A stretch of DNA of 64,000 nt from a virus (taxonomy: Duplodnaviria; Heunggongvirae; Uroviricota; Caudoviricetes). The notes under the pieces are model-generated. The model saw nothing but the letters and a program-made list of their open reading frames with translations. It did not search any database and was not told where the DNA came from. The stretch covers positions 80,765-144,764 of the IMG/VR virus record IMGVR_UViG_3300028591_000093; one strand, given 5' to 3'. This document shows, one piece after another, positions 41,901-54,600 of the stretch; position 1 is the stretch's first letter; each line of letters starts with the position of its first letter. The position numbers and the translations under genes are program-made.

Positions 41901-44900
41901 TTCCTTCTGTTGCACCAAAATTGATTGTACATCCTGCTTTTTCATGAATAATTGTTGGAAATAAATTCCACTTTTCATTAAAGTATTGTATCCAAATGTT
42001 TGCTTGTTCTTCTGAACAATATGTACTAATTCTAAAATAGAATCCACAGTATTTTCCGTTGCGTTTTCTTCTAAGTATAGACCCATCATCCATACAAATT
42101 ATTGCAAGACCTAATGCATCTACTCTATTTAATAGTTTTAAAGAAAGAGTTTTTTTATTATCTTTATACATAACTCTTCTTAAAACTTTATTAAAATTGT
42201 AAACAGCAACATTGAAACTATATTGAATAGTATGTTTGCAATAACCATTTTGGCCTTCAAATCTAATAATTTGACCAACTTTTATACCATGCTTTTTTAG
42301 TACATTCCTTTTGTACTTTACATAGTCATATTGTTTCCAACTATGATTTACTCTAATTTGTCCATTTTTTTGAACACATCCGTCTCCAATACTTAATGCT
42401 ATTAGGAGATTTCTATTTTCTTTATTAACTCTATCTGTTAAAGATTTCATAATTACATTACTATTAAAGAATGTTTATAATATAATACACAATTAGTCGT
42501 TGAACCTTCCTCTATTTGAGGCTTGGCTGCTGATTACCATATCATTTAGACTTAGGCTTCCCAGCAATTCACACACTTTAAGGACACCAATAAAAGTTTA
42601 ATGTCCATATCTGACCCTTGCAACCATAATTGCCACCTAGTAACAAACACATCATTTACTTCACTCTCAGTAAATCCAGCAACTTTCATTGCCATGAATG
42701 ATTGTAAGTCCTGAGTAGGTATTCTGGTTGAGATGATATTTAAGGATTTTAAGAAAGAATTGTATAACACTTGAGACAAGTCTCTAGAGTATTGTTGCTC
42801 ACTATCATTATAGATATTAGCAAGTGCTTTCTTAACATCACCAATCATCTGCTGTGAACTTGCATAGGTAACATCAATTGCCTCAGTATCATATGTCTTT
42901 ATTTGATTATGATAAACACTATTCTTTACAAGAGTTCTTAATTCTTTTAAAGAATGGAAGTGTGTACCTAAAGGTTGTACTGAAACTATGTTATCTAAAC
43001 TTGATAAAATCTAGTTGATTTCCTTTACAGCAATTGTATCTGAATGTGTGTTAAGAACTATACATTCTTCACCATAATTGTCACCAATGTAAAGAGTGGC
43101 ATCCTCAGGCCACCTGTACATTCTATTACCTTGTTTGTCTATCCTGTATCCTTCTCTTACAAGAACATTAACGGGAGTAGCATTTTGAGGTTTAATTTTT
43201 GATATGCTAAACTTACCACTATCTGTTCTAACTATTACTTCTACATCATTAAACTCACTTCTATAATAATTGTTAACTCTTTCAAAGTAAGCTGGTGTAA
43301 TATCTGCTAAAGATGTATTTCCTAATTTCAGTTGAGTTCTGTAAATCTTAGGAATTACTGCTTCAGCAGCATGTTTCTGATAGTTAGAGATAATAGTAAA
43401 GTCACTAGCTACAGGTTCAAAAGAATGTCTAATATCTAAGTTTTTAAAGAACTGTCTAAAGTTATAATGACCTTTAGCTTTACCTTCAGTAATAAGAGGA
43501 ACTTCACCTAAAGTATATCCAAGTTCAAGAAGTTCTGCTTCTCTTGCTTGCCACGCTTTCATCCATTCTTTTACTTCTCTGAAAGCTTTTTCTCTATCTT
43601 GCTTAGTATTATTTCTATTCATTAACCTGTTAAACAAGTCCATATTACCTGTTACATAAAGTAAGAAGTCTTTTAACTTCTGTTCTTTAGAATCAGTTAA
43701 TACTTGCCAAGCAGTAAATCCTGGAGAAACTACTGCTTCATGTATTTCAGTTTCTTGAGTAGTTACACTTTGTTGATGCTCTAAAATCAGTTTTTGTAAG
43801 ATATGAGCATGATTTGGAGCCTCATTATAATCATAAGTACTTCTACCATAACTATTATCAGGAATCTTATCAGTATAGTAAACTAAAGGTTTACCATCTA
43901 ATTCTCCAGAGTTAATCTTATCTAATATCCATTGTCTTCTCTCTGGTTCAACATCCTCCCAGGCAGTACCTCTAAGCCACATCTCAAAGTCTTGTACAGC
44001 TTCTCTTACTGTAGGTACTTTAACTTGTGCTGTAGTAGTACCTGTTGCTAAATGAGAGAATGGATTACCAAAGTGCATTCCTTGAGCATCAGGATGTCTT
44101 AATGTATCAATACCATCAATTTCCTTAGCTCTTGCTTCTGTAGTTTTAGCACTACCAGTAATTACTAAAGGTAGTACTTCAGTTTGTGACGCAGATGTTT
44201 GTAAATGTTGTAATGTTTTAGCATATACATCTTCAATGGCTTTCTTTCCTTGTTCATTAAGTTCTCTAGTACCTATACCAGCAAAGTTTGGTGTAAGTGT
44301 TGGAACTTCTGTAACTGCCCAAGTACCACTAGTATTTCTAAACCACTGATTTCTAACTTGGTCAAACAAGTATACTGGTTTGCCAGCATCAATAGCCATT
44401 TGAACAGCCCATCCTGTACCACCATCAACAATTCCTTTACTAATATGTCCAATAGCAAATACAGCATCAGCATTTTTTACTTGCATCCAGTTTCTTGCAA
44501 GTAAATCCATGTATTTTTCTGGTTTTCTATTTAAAGTTTCATTAGCTTGTAAAACATGAGCTTTACCTTCTTGGAATTGTTCTTCTGTAATAGCTACATT
44601 ACCATTAGGTGTTTTGTTTCCATGATAATAATGATTAGAAGTAACACCAAATCTAGCACCAACTTCTCCCCAATAAGTATCACTACCAACAGCTCCACCC
44701 GAATGATTTACATATCCTTGTAATGCTTGACTTGTTACATTATCTACTTTAGGTAACTGTTCATCAAACAAACTTAACTATCTTGCATCATTGTATCTAT
44801 ATTGTAATCTCAACCCAACAGCTACTCTTCCTTTTTCTATACCATCATCTACATAATAATTCTCTACAAAATCATTTGTAAATTTTAAAAGGTCTTTAGA

Positions 44901-46670
44901 TTTACTAACTTTATCCCAAAGTTGTTTTAACAGTTTTGCAGCTTGAGCATCAATGTAAAAATCATCCCCATCTTTTTCTCCACCTTCCAAAAATATCTCA
45001 GAAGCATAATCAGCCAATCCTAACTGATTAAGAACTGGGACTAATTTGTTCCAATAATCTTCATCAGTTACTTTTATAGCAGTTTCTTTATTAAACTTGA
45101 TTTTATATATCTCATCTATTAAAGAAGTAACTTCATAAGCATCCTGTGCAGATATATTTAACTTTGAATCAAGAACAGGTCTTGTTTCTTCAGTAACATA
45201 TTTAGCTTCTGATGGTCCAATTGTTGCTCTATCATATCCCCAGTTTGCTCTAACACCACCTACAGGCCACACATCAATATAAGTATCTTCTGTATTAAGT
45301 ATTTCTGCTAATTGTTGTAAATTCTCAACTGCCAAATTATCAGTAGTTAAGAAGAACTTCTTTAAGTCAGGGTTGAAGTAAACATTATCAGTAAAGATTT
45401 TTCTAACCCATGCAAAGAATTCCTTAATGTAATCTAAGAATTTCTTTCTTGGTTCTGTCTCAAACTCATGTCTAAATGTTCTAGCAAGAGCTTGAGTTAC
45501 TAATTCTTCATCCTGATTTGTTTTGTAAGTCCAGTTAACTTCTTGTTCAAGAGTATTAAACTGTAACTGTGCTTCTCTATAAAGTTTAGCAAACAAGTCA
45601 GGATTATTATATTTTAAAGTATATACAAGAGGATGTAAGAACTCTTCTGCTGCTACATCTGTAGTTACTCTTAACTTACTAAAGTAAATTGTATCTCCCT
45701 TAATAAAGGAATTTGGAGTAAGAAAAGCATTTGGAGCTATTTGATTAAATTCATGTATATACTCAGCTTCTTCAAGGAACTAATACTTAATATTTGGAAA
45801 CTTCTCATGCAAGAAAGCAACCAATGCATTTATTCTTTGAAAATCATGGTCTTCTCTAAACTCAATATCATCTTTCATTGAGTCTTGTAAAACTGCAAAA
45901 TAGTTACTTTTAATAACTCTAAATCCTTCAGGAGCATCATATAAACCAAAGTTTGTATGCCACTGGTTATTAAAGTTCTTTACTATTCTTCTAGCTTCAA
46001 AGAGATTATTGTTTGACCATGCAACAATGTTTCCTTGTAAGATATTGTATAAGTTCTGATATTTCAGAGCAGGAGAGATGTTATATGCAATATGTCTATC
46101 AAACATACTATCTTGCTCTGTAGCTTTCATTACTTGGTTTGCACTGAATACAGTTCTTGTACCAAGTACTTCACTATATGTAGAATCTCCTAAATCAGGA
46201 TTGATTACTTCATAATCTGTATTAAGTGGTGCTCTTGCATTTAAATATACTGGAATAGCATACTGATTATGAGCAAGTGCATCTTCAACACTGGTGTAGT
46301 AAATAGCACCAGGTCTCCATAAACTATTTGTAGAAACATTATCAGTACCATAGTAATAGAGTTTAGGTTCTCCTTTCTCATCTACTGCTACTGATTTATC
46401 AAGTACTTCTGGGTCAGTCCAATCACCAAACCACTCTCTAAATAAATTAGAGTAAATAAGTGCTTTAGCTTGAAGTGCTTGTTCTACAGAATTAGTTATT
46501 TTGTGAAGGTCTTGGTACAGTATAGACTCCTCCCCTCTCGGAGAGAAGTCCATACTATGACCATTATTTGTTACAATGCAAGCAGTAGCTACATTAACTG
46601 GTAAAATACCTTCTAGTGCTTTGATAGCTGCCTGTGTAGCTCTTCTTGTTTTGATATTACAAATATTCAT
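38923..46670 (-). CDS. Virion RNA polymerase catalytic (beta'-like) polyprotein; join(46670..42600, 41676..38923), 2274 aa with TAG as sense
   Basis: In-frame TAGs at 45780, 44778, 43011, 40771, 40420 and 40255 link the fragments. Splicing restores GSDMDIDK, the double-psi-barrel RNAP DxDxD motif. Accessory ART-PolyVal-like, zincin-like, SLOG-like and DUF4326-like segments lie in the N-terminal half. Confidence 0.85.
41677..42599 (-). mobile_element. Group I self-splicing intron (923 nt) in the RNAP catalytic motif
   Basis: P1 exon GGACAUU pairs with GGUGUCC, giving a U-G wobble at the splice site; P10 CUUUUAU pairs with exon 2 AUAAAAG; P AAUUGCUGGGAA; Q AAUCAGCAGC; R GUUCAACGACUA; S GAAGAGAUAGUC; P9 CUUUACU-GAAA-AGUAAAG; terminal G at 41677. 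Confidence 0.93.
41707..42450 (-). CDS. Intron-encoded LAGLIDADG homing endonuclease
   Basis: LLIALSIGDGCV and LAIICMDDGSI motifs; the ORF lies between the R and S elements and its stop overlaps S. Confidence 0.9.
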   Translation of the reverse strand: MKSLTDRVNKENRNLLIALSIGDGCVQKNGQIRVNHSWKQYDYVKYKRNVLKKHGIKVGQIIRFEGQNGYCKHTIQYSFNVAVYNFNKVLRRVMYKDNKKTLSLKLLNRVDALGLAIICMDDGSILRRKRNGKYCGFYFRISTYCSEEQANIWIQYFNEKWNLFPTIIHEKAGCTINFGATEGKKLFKIISPYVCPSMMYKVLPEMSDLKIYYGTQVLDEIIALSTLPEDKRIMEAHTTQNMSEEIV

Positions 46671-46671
46671 A

Positions 46672-49600
46672 TTAACACTCTTTTCTTGTTATTTCATTTC
46701 CTAAATCACTTAGGTCACTAAGTACAGATGAAGGATGTGAACTATCACTGTTCATAATATCTTCTAACAGGAATTGAAGTTCTACACTTTCAGATTCCCA
46801 AATAGAATGATGTACTCCATCTACTTCCCAAGTAATGTCTTGTGGTTTTAAATCTGAAGGAGTACCAAGTGATTGATATACTTCTACAACATCTGTTCTT
46901 TTTTTGAAGTCTCTTAATGTTAAAGGACTATCAATAAATATTCTGTGATAAGCTGGGTCTCCAGCAACTCTATATTCATAAAGTTCTAGAGGTTGTACTC
47001 TATCTAGACCAATTTTAGGACCTTTTAACAGATTACCATCATCAAGACTTCTTAAAGCTCTTTGCAAACCAAATGGGTTTATCTTCATAGAACTTTCATC
47101 ATCAGCATTCCAATCATACATATCTTGAGCAAGTCCTTCTAATGAATGATTGACAATTAAGTATGCCTGTACAAGTCTTTCTGTTAAATCTACATTAGGA
47201 GTTTCTCTATTATTCCAGTCTTCTAGCCAATCTAATTCATCTCCCAGATTTTCTGCCCACTGAGTTGCTCTATTGATTAAATCAGTGTATAAATAAGATT
47301 CATCACCTAATCTATAAAGTTGCATTACATTAGAAGAAGGATTAACAATACCTCCAACACCAGAATATTTTCTCTTTAATGCTAATCTATTCAAATCAGA
47401 AAGAATGTTAGCTGCTAAAAGTTTAAAGAAGTTGTTATTAGAGAATGGTAAAATAATATCAGTTCCTTGTGCAACTTCTTTCATCTTATTGATAATACTT
47501 TCAGCAATACTAATACTCTTTGAAGTTCTCAAGTCTTTCTCAATTTGTCTAGAAATTTGTTCTGCAAACTTTGTATTCTTTAACTCTTTAAAGTCTTCAA
47601 AAACATCAGTTATTCTTTCAAGATTACTTCTAATAATAGCAGCAATCTGGTCATATGTAATCTGAGCTTGTGAAATTGCATTACCATTAGATGCAAGTGC
47701 TGACATTGTTTGTGTTGTCTCAGACATTTCAGACATATCAGATTCATGATTAGCATCTAATTGAATACCAAAGTTTGAAGTATCAACTTCAGACCAATCA
47801 AGGTCTACATCATTTGTAAACCACTTATCAGTATTGTTTACATTTGTAGCACCTCTCTTTACACCAGACTTGTTTGCAAGTATAGCAATAAAGTAATTTC
47901 TTAAAGGTTGATGAACATTATCTTGAGTAATAAGAGTATCATCTTCACTGAGGTCATTAGAACCTGTGTTGATTACATATTCTGTTAAAATATCAAGACT
48001 TTGTTCAGAGTTCTGTAAAATACCGTTAACAAGTTCTTTAGAGTTATAACCTCCAAGCACTTTCCACAGTCTATACAGATTATCTATTCTAACTTCTTTA
48101 GTTCTTACATCGGGAGTACCATTTTCATCTACAAGTCTGTTACCATTTCTATCAACTCTACTAGTTGTTATTTCATAGAGGAATTCTCCTACTTTCTTAA
48201 TATCAAGTAATCTATAGAAATGTGGACCTTCTTGATAAAAGACTGCTTTACCTTTTGACATTGCTTCAACAGTATTAACAATTCTTTTATTTTCAGTGCT
48301 AAAGATGTTTCTGGTAATATCAATATCATCTCCCCAAGTTAAACCTAAGAATTTCTTCATTAGTAAATCAAATGAAATTTTTGTTGGGCTACCTGATGTA
48401 ACTGCTACTGTATTTCTAATCTTTTCATTAGTAAGTGGAAACTCAGCCCACTTGTAAAGAGTAGCATAATTATCTCCTGTGTGCATACCAAGTGTTTTCT
48501 TAGTACCTTGTATACCTCTGCCAGGAATTGAGTTATTTTCTAATCTTGATTGAATAGGACAAATGAAGCAGCTACCATCAAATACATCTTGACCAGACAT
48601 TGCCCCATTAGGATTATATACTGGTTCAGATAAGTCATCTATTACAGCTAACTTTATTGATGGAGATACTCCATTGATTAACTTTTGTTGGAAGTTCTCA
48701 ACAGTACCAGGGAATATAACCATTCTCTTTGTAGTTGCTCTAAACTTCTCATCAGCTTCTGCTACATCATCCTTATATTTACTCTTTACAACATCTATGA
48801 AAGGCTCTTTAGAAGTTAAGTCTAAGTAAGCTTGCTGAATGATGTTAGTTATTAAAAGATATTTAGCAATAAGACCAGAATCAATACTACTTGGGAAAGT
48901 AGAGAATTTATTCTTGTTATCTTTTATATATTTTTTAGCATCTTCTGCAAAAGCTTCAAGTTTCTTGAGTCTTTCTCCCATTTGTGCTCTGAATATATCA
49001 AAGCTTGAGATAGAAGCTAATTCAGCAGCAATTAACTTATTTGCTTCAACACCTCTCTTTTTAGCATAACTATAATGCAACTCTTGTGTAAGTGTTACAC
49101 CATTTTTAGGCATTGCTTGTAAAGAAGCAATAGATGGGAACTTTAATTTTAACAGTTTATCAAGAGCATTCCAAGCATGTTGTAATTCTCTTGCATGTTC
49201 TTCTGTTAAATGTTGTTCTTGTAGCATCTCAACTACATTGTCAGGATTAAGCATTGTTACTTCTCCTGGGAAATAATCATTCCAGTCTTGAAGTACATTA
49301 TCTACAAGATTAACATACATGTTCTTTCTGTAGAAATATGCTAATTCTAGGAGTTGAGGTGGGGTTAAATCCTGTAAAGGAATAAACACTTGGCTACCTG
49401 TTTGAAGTTCCCAAGGATTGACAAGTACATCAGATTGTAAGTTAATAACCTTATCAATTACTGAAGACTTATCTGAAAACTCAGTTGGCTGTATTGCCAT
49501 AACTCCTGTATTAGGATTATCATTATTACCATAGAATAAAGATAAGAAATCACCAATAAAGGAAGACATAAAGCTTTCCTGAGTTGACATATGAGAAGCT

Positions 49601-51666
49601 GTCTTACTATCTTCTCTTGACCCTACATCAAGTTTAACAGCAGTAGAGCCTCTATAATTGTAATTAACAGAGTTCTTATGCTGACTTTTTGTATCAAATG
49701 GATTTGCTAACCTTTGTGAGAAGAGATTGGGGTTAGCAGCTAGGAAATTAGTTAATCTTGCTTTCCAAGCACTGTGTAATTTCCTATATTTTTGTAAATA
49801 GAACAAATCATTAAATGCAGCAGAACTAATTCTGAAAACAGGAATAGAAGAACCTTCATAATTGTTAAAAGTAGTATAAGGTACATTATCTTCTTGTGCA
49901 GATAAAATTGAAGCCATCTTTTGGAAAGCGTCAATCTTTGCAATACCTGTCTTTCTATCTTCAACTACATCAAAGACTGCTTTATTTATTTGTTGTATCT
50001 GGCTGACTAAACCTTCTGCTTTAACATCTAAATTATTATATGCTTGAGAAATAGTGTTAAACAGAAAGGCCATGTCTTTTATAAATTTCTCTGGTTGACC
50101 ATACAATGCCACAATAACAGGGGTTAGTTCTTGTTGGAATACAGCTCTAAACATTTCTTTAAAGTCTTCATTTTCAAGAGCTGCTAACAGTAAAGTCTTA
50201 GTTGTTCCTTGTGGATAAGCTAAATCATAATACTTTACTTTAATAGAGCTGTTTTCTCCTGTTTTAAGGATAATACCATCTTTACTAAAGATTGAAGTAT
50301 CACCACTTTCAGGAGCTGCTATTTTAGCTTGTGACATTGCACCTGCAAGTTGCTCAGATACCTTACCAGAAGATTTAGAACTTTGAGAATAGTTAACCTG
50401 TGTTGCCATTGCATTCTCATCATACTGTAAATATGTAGGAGCAGTGGTATTCTTTAAAGCATGTGTAAGTAAAGCCTCAATATCAATAATCTGTGATTTA
50501 TTAACATTTAATGGCTTTCTTAATTCTGCTAAATATAAAGAAGCAACAGGATAATTCTCTGCATCTCCTTGATATAAGAATTTAATGAGTGGCATAAAGT
50601 CTCTCATATTCTCCTTAATTATATTAGGAGTATCTTGAGCAGTAAGCAGAGTTCTAATTGCTTTGTTAGGATTTTGGTGCATCCCTTCAAAGTCTGGATG
50701 AGTAAGTGCATACTCATACTCTGCTTGTCTAAGTAATCCTGACAATCTAAACAAATCTGCTGTACTCATAAACTTACCTGGAGTATCAGCATATTCATTA
50801 GTCCCAGTTTTGTGTACTTTAGGTATTACACTAATTATAAACTTAGCAAGTTTAGCTAAGTAATTTTCAGCATTAGTTTCCTCTAAATCATCACCTTGCC
50901 AATACAAAGTAGATTCAGAAGCTTCTATTCTAGAATAATCAGCATTTGTTACACTACCTTCAGCAGCACTGTCTATTTCTACAATTCCTTCAAACTCTTT
51001 ACCAACTAAAGCATCAAAGTTATTCAGAATAAATAAAGCAGAAAAAGTATCAAAGTCTTTAATGTTTGTCAGGATATTTGCTGATGGCTTAAATACTGAT
51101 ATAAAGTTTTGAACTTGAGGGCTGTTCATAAACTCCTGGTAAGCTTCAAAGTTAACAGTACCAGTTGTATTGAACATATTAGTTGTTGGCAGTCCTAAGT
51201 TTTGTGCAATGGTATTCATCAAGAAGTTTTTCAAGTTAGCTATACCATTGTTAAATTGAATACCATTTTTGATATAAACAGCCTTGGCACCTTTACTTCT
51301 ATCCAGCAATGTATATTTAAACATCAGCTGTTGTAGTTTTTTCAGAGTATAGTTATAAGCATCAGAAGCATTTTGGAATAATTCCAGCATATTTCTAATA
51401 TCATACTGCTGAATAACCAATTGAGGAGTGAGGTTTGGATTGATATTTCTATAATTAAAATTATAAGTTTCTAATCCCAACTCAGCAATCACTTCTCTAA
51501 AAACTTTATCTCTATTTCTATCTGCAATAGAATTATAAAGATTTTGTAATTCTTTTTCTACCTATTGAAAGGATTTTGTGTGTTCATTTAATCCAATAAT
51601 AGTAGACCTAACCTCTTCAGTTAGGTCTACTATTGTCGAATCAACTTTTCTACATTGATGTTTCAT
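46672..51666 (-). CDS. Giant virion protein, probable second (beta-like) RNA polymerase subunit, 1664 aa with TAG as sense
   Basis: ATG 51666 (MKHQC) lies 3 nt after the upstream TAA; one TAG at 51562 joins it to track ORF 46672-51492. Segments DVFDGSCFICP, KKTLG and GIQLDANHE; adjacent to the catalytic subunit. The RNAP role is inferred. Confidence 0.7.
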
Positions 51667-51669
51667 ATA

Positions 51670-54600
51670 TTAACTACAATATATTTCCAAGTTATTGTCT
51701 GCATCAAAAATAGCTCTAAGATTTGGGTCTTGCTCACCTTCAAAGGTAAGAGCTAAGAAACCTTCATCTGTAATAGTAATGAATCTATTGATGTCAGCTA
51801 CATCTGGAGCTATATCTTGCAAATGTTCAACTAGTTTATCTAAGTTCTCAATCTTATTCATCAAGTAACCTTGATTAACCATATCTGTAAGACTAGTATC
51901 CAAGTTAAGTATTTCTTGAGCCATACTTTCAATAGCTTCTCTATGACCAGATACTTCAGGTTGTTCAACAACCACTGGAGCAATTACTACCTGTTCTGTA
52001 GTACTTAAACCTTGAATTGGTTTACCAGCAGGGTCAAGTATTACAGCAGGAAGAGGATTACCTTCAGTTTCTTCCAAACCTTCTAACTCATCACCTTCTG
52101 TATCAGATACGATTACTTGTGGTTCTGGAGCAGGAGGTGTAGGTAATTCTTTAGCAGGCTCTTCAATTGTTGGTTGTTCTGAGTATTCATTTGTTACTAT
52201 CTCAGATGGGAATTCCATTACTTGCTGTCTTGCTTCAAGTGCAGAAAGGTCTAAACTAAAGTTAGGTGTTTCTACATAATAACCTCTTAATCCAAGATAG
52301 TTAAAGAACTCTGGATTAGATAAGTTAATAGGATAAGTACCTTTAACCTCATCTAGAGCTGCACCTTCAGGATAAATGTTAACTCTTACAGTATCATTGT
52401 CCAAGTCAATTGGAGCAGGGAATACAGCAGAAGTGTTCTTAAATTCTCTAATATCAACATATTTAATATTTGCAGAATCATAGAAAGTAAGTGTATCACC
52501 TTGTGTCTTAACAAAACTTCTTATGAACCACAAACCAATATTAGATGTTCCTTTTAAGAATTGCTCAACTGCATCTCTATTCATGTTAGCTCCCTTAGAA
52601 GCAACAAAACCTTCAAGTCTAGCAAGAGTAGTAGCAACTTTATCTGGATTACTTTGAGCATAACTTCTTAGATGTGCAAGCAGCTAATCAAAGTAGTTGT
52701 AAGCTTCATTATTGTCAAAAGCATTGACAGCATCTAACAGTCTTAAAACTGTTTGTGTTTGGTCATACTCTGACATGAAGACACCTTTTCTCATCTTAAT
52801 ACTCTTATCAAGTATTTTTCTGATAGCATCTTCTAATCTAAACTTACCTCTATCTAAGATAATACAAGTTTGGTTAGCTGGATTATTATCATTGGTAAAA
52901 CCAATAACTGCATAATAATAACCTTTTACAATGAGATTACCATCATCATCAAGAAGATTACTATTTTCTCCAGCATGATACTGTTTGTAAAATTCTGCAA
53001 ACTTGTACTTGTTATCTGCATTCTTTGCATCTGTTATAAGACCAATCTCTTTAATTACTATACCAGAATCAATCATTCTTTGTAAAGAAGAGAACTCTTG
53101 AGCATCAGAAGCTTTCACTACTCTAAGAGGAGTACCTTGTTCAAATTGTTCAGTTGTCCAGATGATAGGTGTATCACTATCATTAACAGCTGCTTCCATT
53201 TCTTCAAGGATTGATGTGTCAATAGCATTTTCAGGATTTCTCTCATTGAAAGCTTCAATTGTAGAAATCTTTGGATAAGTACCAATAGTAATAAATCTGT
53301 TCAATTTACCATCTACTGAATATACTCTTCTACCAAAGCTAAGCAATGGGTCTCCATCTGCTACCATTTTACTTTCATCAAATCCAAACTTGTATGCTGG
53401 AGCATCAATTTGAATGTTACTCTTATAACCCCAAGAATATTGTTGGTCTTCAACCTTAATGTTCTCCAGTATCCAGTTAACTGGGTCTGCAACAGTATTC
53501 AATTGTGGGAACACTACTCTGAAGAAATCGAGGATTTTACCACTATCTAATCTGATGGCATTTTTATAGTCTTCAGAGTTAGAATTTGGGTACAAAGTTA
53601 ATACTCTTTTGAAGGCAATAAAACCCTGAACTATATTTTCTGGAATAACAGCTTTATTGTTAAATAGGCCATCTAAATCAACAGGGAAATACTGTCTTTC
53701 AGCTTGCTCTGACTCAGTAGCAGGAGTAAACTCTCTACTTACTGAATTATAGTTTAAACCTAAATGATTATAGAAACTGTATCCATAATAGAATTGGTTT
53801 CCTTCAGCAGGATAAGAAGTTTCTTCTGCAATGTTAGTTACAGAACTTCTATCCTCACCTTTATCTTCTGTAAATACTTCATCAATCTCTTCTTCTGATG
53901 TATTAGGAGTAGTTGTAGAAGTACTTGGAGAAGCAATAGAAGGTACATAATCACCAAGCAACTCATTAAGTTCATTCATCTTATCTTCTTTCAAAGTAGT
54001 AACACTAGAAGCAGCAGGGTCTCTATAATAGCTTGTATTAGCAGTTCTGTTAGAAACAATATGTAAGCTATCTCTAGTATCCTTACTCATCTTAATAATA
54101 CCACCTGTCAAAGACCTAGTAATGAAAGTATAGAACTTAACAAGATTATCTCCAGTAGAAGATGAGAGATTCAAATCATCAATAATGAAGTATTCTTCCT
54201 CAGCTCCTTGTACTGCATTTACTCCTAATTTCTCAGGACTGTAAAGTACATAATCAGCTGGAGATATACCAGCTTGGTTAACAAGTGCTTGAAGTTCTGC
54301 TGGCATGTTACCAGAAGAATCAAGTGTTGTTAATATACCTAATTTCTTATCTCTATTTCTTGCTGCTTGAGCAAGTTTTCTAATATCAGCAGGAGTAATA
54401 CTCTCAACAATCTTATCTCCATGTAAGTCTGTCTCATCTTCCCAATACTTAACAGTAAGAGGATTATTAGCAAGAGCTTTTTCAAGAGCAGCTGTAGCAG
54501 CATTTATACCTACAAGATTACCAGTAGTTTCATAAATATCAGCAAGGATACTTCTTAAAGTATCAATATTATCCTTCTTATTTATGTTAGTTGGTCTAAT

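Noticed and set aside
42552-42599. C-terminal KLLLVSLKCVNCWEA of track ORF 42552-42848 as protein sequence (apparent CxxC)
   Set aside because: It is a translation of the intron 5' end (P1/IGS and the P element), not exon.
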